This document shows positions 13,352-26,529 of a stretch of DNA of 64,000 bases, in pieces; position 1 is the first letter of the stretch; each line of letters opens with the position of its first letter. This DNA comes from the human T2T-CHM13v2.0 reference genome, Homo sapiens. Position numbers and translations under genes: made by a program. The stretch is from NCBI RefSeq assembly GCF_009914755.1, contig NC_060926.1. One strand, 5' to 3'. The notes under the pieces were generated by a model. That model was not told the origin of the DNA, ran no database searches, and was given only the letters and a program-made list of their open reading frames with translations.

Positions 13352-13391
13352 TGCAACAGAGATGAGTGCAACAGAGATGAATGCAACAGAG
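13352..13391 (+). repeat. 15-bp tandem repeat, about 2.7 copies
   Basis: TGCAACAGAGATGAG TGCAACAGAGATGAA TGCAACAGAG. Confidence 0.9.
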
Positions 13392-14789
13392 TTGGCTGGA
13401 TTGACTCTTGCTTGAAATATTGCCATCTTTTTCCCCCTCTCAGAGGCTGTTTCTACAAAAAAACTTGATAAATGGAATAAAAGTTTACTGAACTCTACTG
13501 TGTGTGTTTATCATAAGCATTGTGCTGGGTCCAGGGAGAGACAGAACAAATATTAGATTGAACTGCATGGAATTGCTGCTATTGGACTGTTTTAATCTAC
13601 AACAATGTCAGATTCATATAATTCATCCTAATATAAAGAAGCTCCACTTATTCAATGAGTATTTGTTAAAGAAAATAGGGCATGCAAATTGCCTACTGCC
13701 CTGCCTGGTACATAATTATGACTCAATAAATGGTAGCTATGTTTATCAATGTGTACTTACCATGGGCAGTGGCTGTGGGTTGGACAGAGTCTGATGACAA
13801 TTCAGTCAGTTTTCATCAAGGCCTAAAGGTGATCTTTCTATTTTAATTGGTAGATCAAGTGATTTAAGAACTCATTTTTATTCACTGCCTTGCCTGAGAT
13901 CGTCCCATGACGTGATGGAGGGAAGCAAGTCCTCAGGCTGGCTTGGCAGTGGGGATCGTGTCTGTCTCACTGCTCCACCACATTTCAGTGGAACAGCCAG
14001 TACTGCGTGTCAACATCTGGGATAAACTCCAGTGTTTTCTCAGGTCTGCTTGCAATCGAACCTTTTGAGGAATATTAACCTTGTCCGTAATTTGTGAAAT
14101 CTTCATTTCACTCTGAGTTTTAATTCATAAATGTTTTCATATAAACTGCAACATCGAGAATTATAAGCCAAATTTGATGGAGATGACAAATCACAGTTTT
14201 GGATGATTATATCTGATATAACAGCTGGAAAAAGAAAGCTAGAAAGACGAGAGAGGCCAATAAAAAGCTTTCTTTGGCATGAAGTAGCATATTGTCGTAA
14301 TGTTCCCCCCAAATTGAATTGCCTTAAAAAAACTGTAGGAATATTTGAAGAAACACAAATATTTTTTAAAAAGTTAAAATAAGCCCTTTTTTTCTAAGAG
14401 AATGTTTTCAGTACTGTCAGTTTTCAGCCTTCAGAAATTTTCAGAGAGTAGTTCATTCACTAAGGGGGCAAAAAAACTTTCAGGGTTCTAAGAAGCAATT
14501 TGCAAAAATACACCATAGACTTCCCACTCCTTTCCTAGGCATTTTTCTGTTCAGAATCAAATTCAGAAGCAAGGGGATTTATGAACTACCTGATATAAAT
14601 GATAAATCATAGCACTTTGAGTCAATATCCTCCCTGTGTTTTGAAGTCCCCAGGATTTTCAAGCAAAAAGAATAAGAGGTTCTCAAGGAATTCTGAGCTT
14701 GTGAGATGGTGGTGGTTATAATGGCAGTGGTAAAAACACACACATCCATTCTACCCATCAGTGTGGTCAACGGTGGTTTCTCCAAGATA

Positions 14790-15545
14790 GTTACCTTTGA
14801 GCAGAATTGGACAGAGTCTTTGAACCTGAGAAAGAAATGAGCTGTGTTATGTTTGAGAACAGAAAAAGGCCGAGTGGTTAGAGCTTAGGGAGCAAGGGAA
14901 GGAGAGTGTTATGAGGCGACATGAGAAGGCAGACAGGGTAGAGCTAGGTCTTTTAGAGGGTAGAGCTAGGTCTTGGAGCTCTTAGGAAAGGAAATGGTTT
15001 GGGCTTCATCTTGGCTGCTGCACTACTAATAGTGTGACCTTATTATGGAAAAAAGTGGGGATATAATCATACCTACTTTGGAGAGCTGTTTTAGATTAAA
15101 TAATTTGGTATGTGCAAAGTGCTTAGACCTGTGCCTTCTACTTAATTAAGTGCTCAATAAATTAGAAATATTATTATTATTAATAATGTTATTGGAAGGT
15201 ATGGGAAAATTTTAGCAGGAGAGTGATATGATTTGCACTTCAGAAAAGGTCACTCTGGTTGTTGTGTGGACACTGTAGGGATAAGGGGATAGGAGAGGGG
15301 AGGCAGGGAGACCAGTTAGGAGGCTGTTTAGCTAGAGTCGTGCTGAGAGATGATGACATGGACAGGGTAGGAATAGGAGGAAAGAGATGGTCAGAGTTAA
15401 GATATTTATAAGGGGTGTAATCAACAGATCTTACTGATAGATTGAACAGTGGGTGTAAGGAGACAGAAGGCTCAAGATAGTGCTTTGCTTTTAGCAGGAG
15501 CAACTGGGTGGACATTGGTACAATTTACCCAGCCAGAGAACACTT
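14790..15545 (-). mobile_element. L2 fragment with a MIR segment in the middle
   Basis: TTTTAGCAGGAGAGTGATATGATTTG..AAGGTCACTCTGGTTG..GGGAGACCAGTTAGGAGGCTGTT..AGCAACTGGGTGGA. Confidence 0.7.
14995..15165 (+). mobile_element. MIR
   Basis: CACTACTAATAGTGTGACCTT..AAAAGTGGGGATATAATCATACCTAC..GTGCAAAGTGCTTAG..AAGTGCTCAATAAA. Confidence 0.7.
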
Positions 15546-15995
15546 TGGGCAAGAAGTGGTGAAATTATCCTATTTGATGCCAAAATAACTGACTACTTTT
15601 CCCAAGCACAATTGGTTAAATGAAAAGCAAGTGAACAAATACGTCTGGAGCATCTGGTCTGTTTCTGATGCTGCTCTTGGTGCCCTGAACTGGGTGCTTC
15701 ATTTGCTCCTCACAAGATCCTGTACATGAAGGTCCTACTTGTCCAGAGGAAGAACTTGAGTAAGGGATGGAAATTGATGGCCTAGGTCCCCTGGCAAATA
15801 AGTGGCCGAGCCAGGAGAAGAGCCCAATGCCCATCCACCATGCCACAAGTCCTCTTAGATCAAGTCATTCAGAGGGTGAGTGCATGAATGGGAAGGGGGC
15901 AACAAATGTGCTTGTAACAGAAAATAAGTAAATAAATAATCATTGGCCTAGTTTCTCACTTTTTAGGCACAGTTACACAACCTTGGTTAGACTAG

Positions 15996-16627
<632 letters not shown>

Positions 16628-17029
16628 TGACTTGCCTGCAAGGCTGTCTGCTCAATATTTCATAGGATTGCATCTATATCTTTGAGCATTTAAAAAAAAT
16701 GGTATAAAACTATATGAACATTTGAATGCTTTTCAGAAGGTCAGGCAGTTTCCTCTTTGAGGAAAGTATTAGGCATCTCTGGTTTGGGGATGACTTCAGG
16801 GCAGACCCACATGGAGACAGAGTGATGTCTATGATGACCTGTCATGAGAATCTCCTTTTGGTTATGATGTATATAGTGAAACAGTTTGAAAATTAAAGGT
16901 GAATTAGTGTGATGTGATTTGGGACTCATTGGTACTGCATCCAAATCATAGAGCTACAGTGTAAAGTCCTGACATAAGTAGTTTCTGCAAATGGATTTGA
17001 ATTACAGACCTTGGAGATTCTAGGCCTGG

Positions 17030-17605
17030 TAGTGGCTCCTTGAATAACATCTTCTTGTTCAACGTCATTTCCTTCTAACACTGATGAGAAACAATTGACT
17101 CCTAGCTGAGGTCACTGTGTGGAGTTTGCACATTCCCTCCCATGTCTGCATGGGTTTTCTCTGGGAACTCCAGTTTCCTCCCACATCCCAGAACTGTTCC
17201 CTTTTAGGTGACTCTGTGTGTCTACATGATCCCAGTGTGAGTGAGGGTGAGTACACCCGACAGTGGCATGCCATCTTGTCCAGGACTGGTTCCTGACTTG
17301 CACCTTGAGCTGCTGAGACAGGCTTTATCTACCCCCAACCCTGAACTGGAAAAATCTTACTTGTTTTTATTAATGATGTTTCTTAATGTATATATAACTC
17401 ACGTTCATTTCAATGTTTACTACTAGAAGTGTTTTGGTCTTTATAGAGAAGTTTGGTGATGTTTTTATGACCAGAAATATGCTGTAGGAGCTTATCTCTT
17501 GTTTATATCAATGAGTCTATTATAAAACTGGTTTCATTATACCTTGTTTCCCTTACAACTGCAGTTTCCAAGAACCTATTGAGGACATTAAATGAGGACT
17601 TACTG
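17030..17605 (+). mobile_element. MER6 (MER6A-like) TcMar-Tigger element carrying a V-SINE domain
   Basis: TCCTTGAATAAC start; TGTGTGGAGTTTGCACATTC..CATGTCTGCATGGGTTTTCTCTGGG..GTTTCCTCCCACATCCCA; ends ATGAGGACTTACTG followed by TA. Confidence 0.85.
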
Positions 17606-17714
17606 TACCTGTCAGTCTAGTCTCTGGTCCTCTGTGGTTTAGGTCTTTGCAAAATCACTTTCCCTGAGTCATGTTTTAATGTTAAGCTCTTAGCATTTAG
17701 CAATGGTATATAAT

Positions 17715-18010
17715 CTGAACTGCTTAGGTGGTATTTGTAATACAACTCAAATTAGCCTGAGCACAAAGGTGACTGAATCAGCTCAGGTAACTGGAAATTC
17801 AGGGATAACTCTTTCAGATATGGCTGTACCTAGATGCTTTGCAGCACATCAGAAATCTGACCTTTTCTATCTTTCTTCCTCCTGGTTGACTTCAATCTTA
17901 GGAATACTCCCCATTCTCCCTGACCAATGCAGCAGCAAAGTGACCACCAGCAACCCAGGATTTCATTCTATTAATTTTGTAACCCCAGTGACAAAAGAAG
18001 GCCTCTTTTA
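17715..18010 (-). mobile_element. MLT1K/L-like LTR fragment
   Basis: CAACTCAAATTAGCCTGAGC..GTAACTGGAAATTCAGGG..TTCAGATATGGCTG. Confidence 0.5.
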
Positions 18011-18124
18011 AAGTAATTTCTCAATAGGTCACATCAGCCTAGAGGAAGCATCTTTATCTAACTTGTCCGCTCAGAGAGGTGCTTTTTTCTAATTCTTATG
18101 AAGCTACTTCTGGCCCTGATGAGG

Positions 18125-18700
18125 TTGGAAAAGGGTAAAAATAGAAGCAGTCAGATCATTTGCAGTCACCAGGTAAGAGAGGATGGTGGTACATGGATTC
18201 ATGGGTAGTGAAGATGGAGAGAAGTGGGTAAACTTAGGATATGTCTTCAATTGAATTAAGGGGATTTATTCAACAGACCCAATAAGTGCCTACTCTGAGC
18301 CAGTCCCATGTGCTAAGGCAAGAGATACAGTGATGGATAAGACATGCCCCCACTCTAGAATTTTTCATGGTCTATGGGTTAGGTAGATGTGTGAATGGGA
18401 GAGTTCCATGCCACAAAGTAAGTGGTTTAATAGAAATGTGAACAAAGTGCTATAAGAGTCCAGAGGAGAGAGCAGTTAAGTCTCTAAAGAAGAGACAGGA
18501 AACTTAAGGCAGGTAGCAGTGTTTGGGTTGGACCTTGAAGTACAGGTAGGAATATTCCAGGTGAAGAAAAATGCAAAGTGAACTTCAATGGAAACAGCAT
18601 GTGCAAGAGCATGAAGACAATGAGATGTGTTGAGGCAAGTGGGTAGATGGGGTTAGATTAAGAAGTACCTTTAATGCCTCTTTAGGGAGTAGGTTTCAAT
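18125..18700 (-). mobile_element. L2 fragments
   Basis: GTAGTGAAGATGGAGAGAAGTGG; TTTATTCAACA..AAGTGCCTACTCTGAGCCAG..GGAAACAGCATGTGCAAG. Confidence 0.6.
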
Positions 18701-19018
18701 GTAGGAATTCTGAATCTGAGCTGTGGTATATTAATCCGCGGGTACAAATACATCAAATGGAATAAGTTTAAGTGTTTCTTGGCACATTTGAATTTCAAAT
18801 GTTAGTGTGCAAAAGAATTACTGTACTACGTTTACTGCATAGTATCTTTTGTTTTTTTTCTCATAGTAAATTTTGCTCTTTGTGATTTTTCTCATGTCAT
18901 GACGTTAAACTGTAAATTATCTTGACTTAAGATGCAACACTATTTACTGAGTGGACACTAGTGACTTAGTGCTAGATGTTGCCTACTACATTCTTCAAGT
19001 GCTCTAGAAAATTCAGGG

Positions 19019-19510
19019 TGCCAGTTAGAATTCTTTTACTTTCAAGAAAAAGAAAACTCAGCTTAAGTGGGCCTAAACAATACAGAGATAAATTGCTGCA
19101 CATTCTTAGAAGTACAGCTTCAGTATATGGCTCAGGCAGGGCTCTGACTTTCTTTGTCTAAGGTTTCCTCCACTCTCTTTTTTTGTGTGAGGATTGGGTA
19201 TCATTCTCAGTTCATTTTCAGGTGGTTCCTATCTTGACAGCAAAAGAGTAGAGAGCCATGACTGGAGCCACCTGCTTCCTTGTCTAAATCTGGGAAAGGG
19301 GAAAGTCCCCTCCTAGGAGACTCAAACAGGATTCCTGAGCTTCACCTTGATTAGTCTCTGAGCCCCAGGCTGGCTGGTTTAGTCTTAGGTTGACTGAATT
19401 TCAAGAGAAATAAGCTTACCATGCCAGCCTGAAACAAATTCCTGGAGCTGGAGGTCTGGTCAGTCCACCCAACCTTCATGGGGAGTATGGAACAGATGTT
19501 ATGGAGGTGA
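19019..19510 (-). mobile_element. MLT1K/L-like LTR
   Basis: CAGTTAGAATTCTTTT..CAAGAAAAAGAAAACTCA..CCTGGAGCTGGAGG..GTCAGTCCACCCAACC. Confidence 0.55.
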
Positions 19511-19860
19511 TCACAGGGTCCCTCATGGTCATATGAAAAAATGAAACCCAAAACAACAAAATACAAAGCCTTGAATTATTTAGGTAATTGGAGAAAATGT
19601 CATGGCATGTATTATGTAATGAAAATTTTAGTGAACAGTTGAGTATGTGGATGGTGTTGGGAGAAAAGTGCATTAAGCATTTTTGTCTGAATTGAATAGG
19701 GGTTGAAATGAAGATAACTTTTGAACTAGTTATGAGGAAAAGGTTTCCTAAATTAATAAATAAGAATACAGAAAGGGTTGAGTTTATGAGAGCAAATTCT
19801 TTGCAAATGATCTTAAAAGATGTATTTATACGTAAGTGTCATATGTTGTACACAAAGTAC

Positions 19861-20082
19861 AATGAGAACACTTGGACACAGGGTGGGGAACATCACACAC
19901 CGGGGCCTGTTGTGGGGTTGGGGGAGGGGGGAGGGATAGCATTAGGAGATACACCCAATGTAAATGACGAGTTAATGGGTGCAGCACACCAACATGGCAC
20001 ATGTATACATATGTAACAAACCTACACGTTGTGCACATGTGCACTAGAACTTAAAAGTATAATAATAAAAAAAACCAGAAAA
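19861..20082 (+). mobile_element. L1PA4/5-like 5'-truncated 3' end
   Basis: AATGAGAACACTTGGACACAGGG..GGGATAGCATTAGGAGA..GGCACATGTATACATATGTAAC, A tail; TSD AAAGTAC at 19854-19860 and 20083-20089. Confidence 0.95.
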
Positions 20083-20321
20083 AAAGTACCATTAACCGTG
20101 CATTATGGCACCAACGTCTTCTACTTGACAACATGTGGTTAACCTAGTTCCAAATATAGTCTTACCAGAAAAATATTAAGAACTGAATTTTACTTCAAAT
20201 GCTGTGTTAAGTAGAACTTTTGTCCATTCAGAGGTCCTCTCTTCAGTAGCTGAAATCAGTAAACTTCCTATGGAAAACTTGGGCTGTGGTCTATTCCTGC
20301 TTACCAGATGCCGAGGAATGA

Positions 20322-20545
20322 CGGTAGTGATGTTGCAGTCATCCACACTTGGGTTCAGTTTCCTGCTCTGCCTCTTGCTAGCTGTGTGACCCTGGGCAAT
20401 TTATTTGGCCTCGCTGCAGTTCAGCTTCCTCATTTGGAAGGTGATGATAACGATCACCTACAATAGATGTAGTTGTGAGGATGAAATGTGGCAGTGCTTG
20501 TAAAATGCTAGCACAAAAGGGTGCTCAATAAAAAGTTAGCAAATA
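20322..20545 (+). mobile_element. MIR
   Basis: CTAGCTGTGTGACCCTGGGCAATTTATTT..TCAGCTTCCTCATTTGGAA..GTTGTGAGGATGAAATG..GTGCTCAATAAA. Confidence 0.8.
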
Positions 20546-22750
20546 TTAATATTGAAAACTCATTTATGAGAGTCTTCAGCCCAGATTCTCTTCTCTTGGT
20601 TGTTCCAGGCACAATTTATCCATCTGCCATGAGCAATGAAATGAACAAAGAGCTCACTCCTGATTTGCCAATTCTAGAGCTGAATTTTTGGTCGAAAGAT
20701 GGGTGTTAGATAAAATGGTGTTGTGGGTGGGTAGGTGATGGTGGAGCTCCCATCTGTGGATTCAGGTCTCATGCTTTTGCCTCCCTAGCTATGGAGAATG
20801 AAGGGAGCAAATGGATATACATGTTTTGTTCTCTCTCACTCTCCCTCAAATGTCATTTTTCTGTGTTCCTTTGGTTTTTGAAAGGAAACCTGAGACCTTT
20901 TGGGGTTGTTATAGGTCTGATGCCCAGATGCTCAGATTCTGGGTTTCCTAGTCTGATGGTGGAGGCAGAGTTCCCCATATTTGAGCCCTACCCCTCCACA
21001 CCAAAGCCTGCCTCAGCCAAAAGCGGTGGGTGGTCTTACCATTCTCTCAGTGTTTTGGGAACCGCCCCACCTAGGCACACGGAGAGAGTCAGAGACGCTG
21101 TTAAATTCTCCCCTTCCCTGGGTATATGTGCTTAAGCTGTTGCCAGAAACTTAATGTTGTTTTAACACATTTTTGTGTGTATGTGAGAATCCATTTTCCA
21201 GGACTGCTGATGGAGGGCATGTACCCCTCTATGACTGAAAGCCAGCTGAAGACTCAAATACAAGGTTTATTCTGGAATATGCAATGGTGGTTTCTTCTCT
21301 CTCATCCTCCTTCACTTGGGCATCAGTTCTTTTATCTTTGGCTTGAGAAAAGAAAACTAATATACTCTAGATGTTTTTCAAAACTAGGGACACTTCAAAA
21401 CAAGTTTAAATATAAATGAAATCAGTTTCCAAATGTCTTGTTAAAAAAAAAACACAGATGTTTTATATTTATTTTATCATTTTTGTTTTATCACCTTGCA
21501 AAATTTTACAGCATGGAATTTTATTCAATGCAGTGGCATTTTGAACAGCAATATTAGACAGATGTATTTGCACCATATTTGGGGACTTTTTTTTCTCTTT
21601 GGCAGGATATTAAAAGTGAAACTAATGTAACCTGGTGTTTTGGGAAATGTGGACGAGGCATTTTGCTTATTGGTAATTGAAAACAACAACCTTCTCCTCT
21701 CCAAATGTACCCCTCAAAAAAATAAGCTTTATTGCTTGGATAAGTGATTAAACGTTTTTAGAATGCCAGAAGTTCAAATGAAGCCACTTTAAGGAAGACT
21801 TGGCTCCTCAAATGCAGGGACTGTGTCTTTTGACTTTTGCTGGATGGTGCCAGACAGGACCTAACCAATCATCCTGTTGATTTGTTGCTTTTGTTGTTTT
21901 AGGATTTTGTAAGGACATATGGCACAGATACAGATCACAATACAGCTAAGAAATGGAATTATTTTCAGGCATAGTATAAATAAGCCAAATCTCACTTTTT
22001 TCCTTCTACTTTGTACCCCTTAGCTCCACCCCCACCTCCTTTTAATTTGCTTTTTCAGGATAATCCATTAGTAGCCTTAATGAGGGAATGGGCTGGATAT
22101 TCACAACTGAATAAAATGCCAGCTTTTTTTTTTTTCCCCACAAAATTTTCCTTCTACAGGCACAGACAGGTTTCTAGCTCTTTCCTAACCAAGCCACAGA
22201 CTCTCTGTTGGTTCGCCCACCCTCCAGGTCACAACAAAATCCCCTATTAATTAAACTAAAATTATGTCTGAAATAAATCACTCAGTAAAAGAAACCCACT
22301 ATGGCATTTTTTTTTCCTGAAGATGTTTGCAATAATTAATGAAACATTTGGTGGCTGGTGACATTTTTGATAACTCTTAAAGTGCCAGAAAATGTTGACA
22401 TATATGTAATCTCCATGGACTCGAGACCAAGAAATCAGATGATTAAACAAGGGCTGAATAATAATTTTTATTTTTTTCTAAAGATCATGTTGCTTTTGGG
22501 GGAGATGTAGAGGAAAGGGTGGTGGAAGATATCTTTTGAAGAGAAATCCAATTTTTCATCTCCATGGTATAGTCTTTCTCCTATCTAAAGTATTTCCAGT
22601 CCATCCAAAGTTATAAGCTTAGATACTAATAGGTTCACCCAGTGAGTCTCAGCCTGGTGGGAGGTTGTGTGGTACAGAGTTACTGCAATGGTTTGTGAAT
22701 CTATAACGGCCCCAGGCATTGCAGAGATGCAAAAAATAAATATACTTCCC

Positions 22751-23180
22751 ATACATTCTTTCATTCAATACATGTATCTTGAGGCTCAGCCCACTATATG
22801 CCAAGCTCTGTCCTCAGCACTGAGGATTCAGTGGGGGAATAAAACATGCCAAGTTCCTGTCCTTCATGGGGCAAAAAAGCTAGTGTAGGGACAAACAATA
22901 GAAACAAAAATACAGAATATAATGTCGGGCAGTGTTGAGAGCCACAAAAAAACCACTGCCAGGCGAAGGGATAGAGAGGTTGCAGACATGTAGAAGGGTC
23001 AAGGAAGACCTTTCTCAGAGGTGACATTCGAGCAGAGACCCAGGTGAAGTGAGGAAGAGAATTTTGCCAACAGTGAGGGAAGAGCATTTCTAGCAGAGGG
23101 ATTGGCCACAACAGAGGCCAAACGTGGGCCAGTCAAGTGTTGGGTGCATCCAGGAATGCCAGGGCTATGTGCCTGGCTGC
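22751..23180 (-). mobile_element. L2a 3' end
   Basis: CATTCTTTCATTCAATA..CTATATGCCAAG..GTCAAGGAAGACCTTTCTCAGAGGTGACATT..AAGAGCATTTCTAGCAGAGGGA. Confidence 0.8.
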
Positions 23181-23479
23181 CCCAGGGAAAGGTTACGAAG
23201 ATGACAGGTATTCAAATTGGGTGCCATGAGGTGGAGCATGGCTGCTGAAAGTCCCTTCCCACATCCAAGCCCTTAGCATCTAACTGGAGAAGGCAGGACC
23301 ACTTTGCACATCTTACAGAGGGGAGACTGCAGTAAGCCACTCTAAGCAACTGAGTGACAGATGTGGCCTAGGTCATACAGCTGAGACTGGAGCCCAAAGC
23401 CCTGGCTTCCACAAGGTGCTTTTTTTCAAAATGGATTTCTACTTCCTGTTAAGGAGTCAGTCCAAAGGCAGAATGTGAT

Positions 23480-24222
23480 AAAAATGCTCCACTCCCCCTT
23501 GAGTACTGGCTGGACTTAGTGTCTTGCTTTGAAAGAATAGAGGGAAAAATCATAAGTTTGCACAGGAGGAAAGTGGTAGAAACTGCCTTAACCAAGTGAT
23601 GGGGGGAACATCTTCAGTGATGCTGTGTGGATCTCTATCATGTACCTCCTGAGGCAATGGGAGGAGAGGGCACACACCTCTGTGATATTCTTCCCCCAAA
23701 CCCCAGTCTAATCACAAGGAAACCTAAAGTGAGGGCCATTCTATAAAACACCTGACCAGTACTCAAAAGTAACAAGATCATGGAAAGCCAGGAAACTCAG
23801 ATAACTTATGCAAGAGGAGACAAAGGAGACAACTCAGTGCAGTCAATTATCCTGGATTGGATCTTGGAACAGAAAAAGGACATTAGGCTGGGTGCGGTGA
23901 CTCATGCTTGTAATCCCAGCATTTTGGGAGGCCAAGGAAGGTGACTCGCTTGAGTCCAGGTGTTTGAGACCAGCCTGGGCAATGTGGTGAAATCCTGTCT
24001 CTACAAATTATACAAAAAAAAAAAATTAGCCGGGTGTGGTGGTTCATTTTGTAGGCCCAACTATTCTGGAGGCTGAGGATCACCTGAGCCTGAGAGGAAG
24101 AGGTTGCAGTGAGCCAAGATTATGCCAGTGCATGCCAGCCTGGGTGACAGAGTGAGACCCTGTGTCAAAAAAAAAAAAAAAGATGTTAATGAAGAACTAG
24201 TGAAATCCAAATAAGCAATAGT
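23480..24222 (+). mobile_element. L1MC/L1MD-type 3' fragment, interrupted by AluJ
   Basis: GCTGGACTTAGTG..CCTTAACCAAGTGAT..CCCCAGTCTAATCA..CCTGGATTGGATCTTGGAACAGAAAAAGGACATTA; resumes TAGTGAAATCCAAATAAG after the Alu. Confidence 0.75.
23886..24181 (+). mobile_element. AluJ
   Basis: Divergent dimeric Alu with J-type GCTTGAGTCCAGG and GAGTGAGACCCTG; A15 tail. Confidence 0.93.
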
Positions 24223-24258
24223 AAAAAAAAAAAAAAAATGGATCACGTTATTTAACAC

Positions 24259-24558
24259 TTTTTTTTTTTTTTTGAGACAGGCTCTCACACTGTCACCCAG
24301 GCTGGAGTGCAGTGACAGGATCTTGGCTCACTGCAGCCTCGACCTCCTGGGCTCAAGCAATCCTCCCATCTCAACCTCCCAAGTAGCTAAAACTGCAGGC
24401 CCGCACCACCACACCTGGCTAATTTTTTGTTTATTTTTTGTAGAGATGAGGTCTCACTATGTTGCCTAGGCTGGTCTCAAACTCCTGAGCTCAAGTGAAG
24501 CACTAACCTCAGCCTCCCAAAGTGTTGAGATTATAGGCGTGAGCCACTGCACTTGGCC
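24259..24558 (-). mobile_element. AluJ
   Basis: Reverse dimeric Alu (CTCCTGGGCTCAAGCAATCC); degenerate TSD AATGGATCACGTTATTTAA (24237-24255) / AATGAATCATGTTATTTAA (24565-24583). Confidence 0.93.
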
Positions 24559-24942
24559 CAAAATAATGAATCATGTTATTTAATAAATGTTTCTTCTGTT
24601 CAATAGTGGGGAAAAAAAATCCACCAGCCATGGTGGTTTGGAGGTTACCTTAGAACCACAGATAAACTTGTGGTATCCCTTTAGACTGCTGTGGGCTCCA
24701 ATCCATCTCTGTTGCCATGGTCTGATCCCCAAGAGAGGGGCCTTCGAAGGTGGGTGAGGTGCTGGGCACCTTGAAGGTGCTTTTTAAAATCCTGATGGAT
24801 TGATTTCAATGTCTGTCGTGTAGCATACAATAGGACTTCTCTTCTTCTTGCCCAGCAGTCTTCTGCTTCCAGAACAATTGGAGAGTGCAGGTAAAAAGGG
24901 CCTAATTAATGTACAGGGACTGAGGGAATTAAATATCCTTAA

Positions 24943-25590
<648 letters not shown>

Positions 25591-26149
25591 TGAACAGTTT
25601 GCTCTTCAAAGGGACTGAATGAAGGCAGTTAGCTGATGGACAGGTGGCTTTCCCCCAAGGGGAAACTCAGGGACCATTCCCGGTCACTCTCCTCCCATCC
25701 ATCTTCATTTCCTGAAAGAAAGGATCTAAGAGGGCCATTCAGCAGGTAGAGGCTACCCCAGGAGACCAGAAACTTGGCCTGTAGTTTCTGTGTGTGCAGC
25801 TCTGCAGCCCTAATTGTCAGCTTTCTAAGGAGCTTCTCTGGGGACAGAGAACTGTGTCTTTTCCAGATGGCCCCTGAAGCTAGAGTGTTGTGGAGACACA
25901 TAGTCCTACTGGTCAACCTCACTCTGTCTACCCCATTGGAGTGGGAAGTTCCAAACAGCAGTGATGGAAAGATAGTACATCTTGCCTGATCATGTGGCCT
26001 GGAGCATCAGGAATGATACCCAGAGGAAGTCTCAGGTTTCCCTCCAGTGCAATCTGCCCTTCTTCTTCTGGCTTTCCCACCTCAGAGCAGTGAGCTGACT
26101 ATATTCATTCTCTGCTCATTCTCCCACCCTCCCTCCTTCTAGAATCAGC

Positions 26150-26305
26150 AGTGGGGCTTTGGACCCAGATACTTGAGATCCAATCCTGGCTTTTCTACTT
26201 TCCTACTAGGTCACTGAAGAAATTACTTAATCTTTTCAACCTTTATCTGCAAAATGAGGATGAGAAAACCTATTTCATAACTTCTGTGAAGTTTTCAATG
26301 GTATA
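26150..26305 (+). mobile_element. MIR fragment
   Basis: GGGCTTTGGA..AATCCTGGCT..AATTACTTAATCTTT..ATCTGCAAAATGAGGATG. Confidence 0.6.
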
Positions 26306-26308
26306 AGG

Positions 26309-26529
26309 CAGGTTTCTCAGCACTATTTACATTTTTGGTCAAGTAATTCTTTGTTGTGTAGGGGGCTGTCCTGTGCCCCGTGGAATGTTCAGCAGCATCC
26401 CTGGCCTCTTCCCATTAAGTGCCAGCGGTAACCCTATCCTCATTTATGACAACCACAAATGGATCCAGGCATTGCCAAATGTTCTGGTGGAGGATGAGGG
26501 GGCAAATTGTCCCACAATGAGAAACACTG
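26309..26529 (+). mobile_element. MER20 hAT-Charlie MITE
   Basis: TAATTCTTTGTTGTG..GGGGCTGTCCTGTGC..AGCAGCATCCCTGGCCTCT..ATTGCCAAATGT..TGAGAAACACTG. Confidence 0.88.

Noticed and set aside
14935-14974. Exact 18-bp direct repeat AGGGTAGAGCTAGGTCTT with a 4-bp spacer
   Set aside because: Only two copies, inside an L2 relic; simple local duplication, not an array
18784-18802. Palindrome ACATTTGAA-T-TTCAAATGT
   Set aside because: Short and AT-rich; plausible by chance in 64 kb
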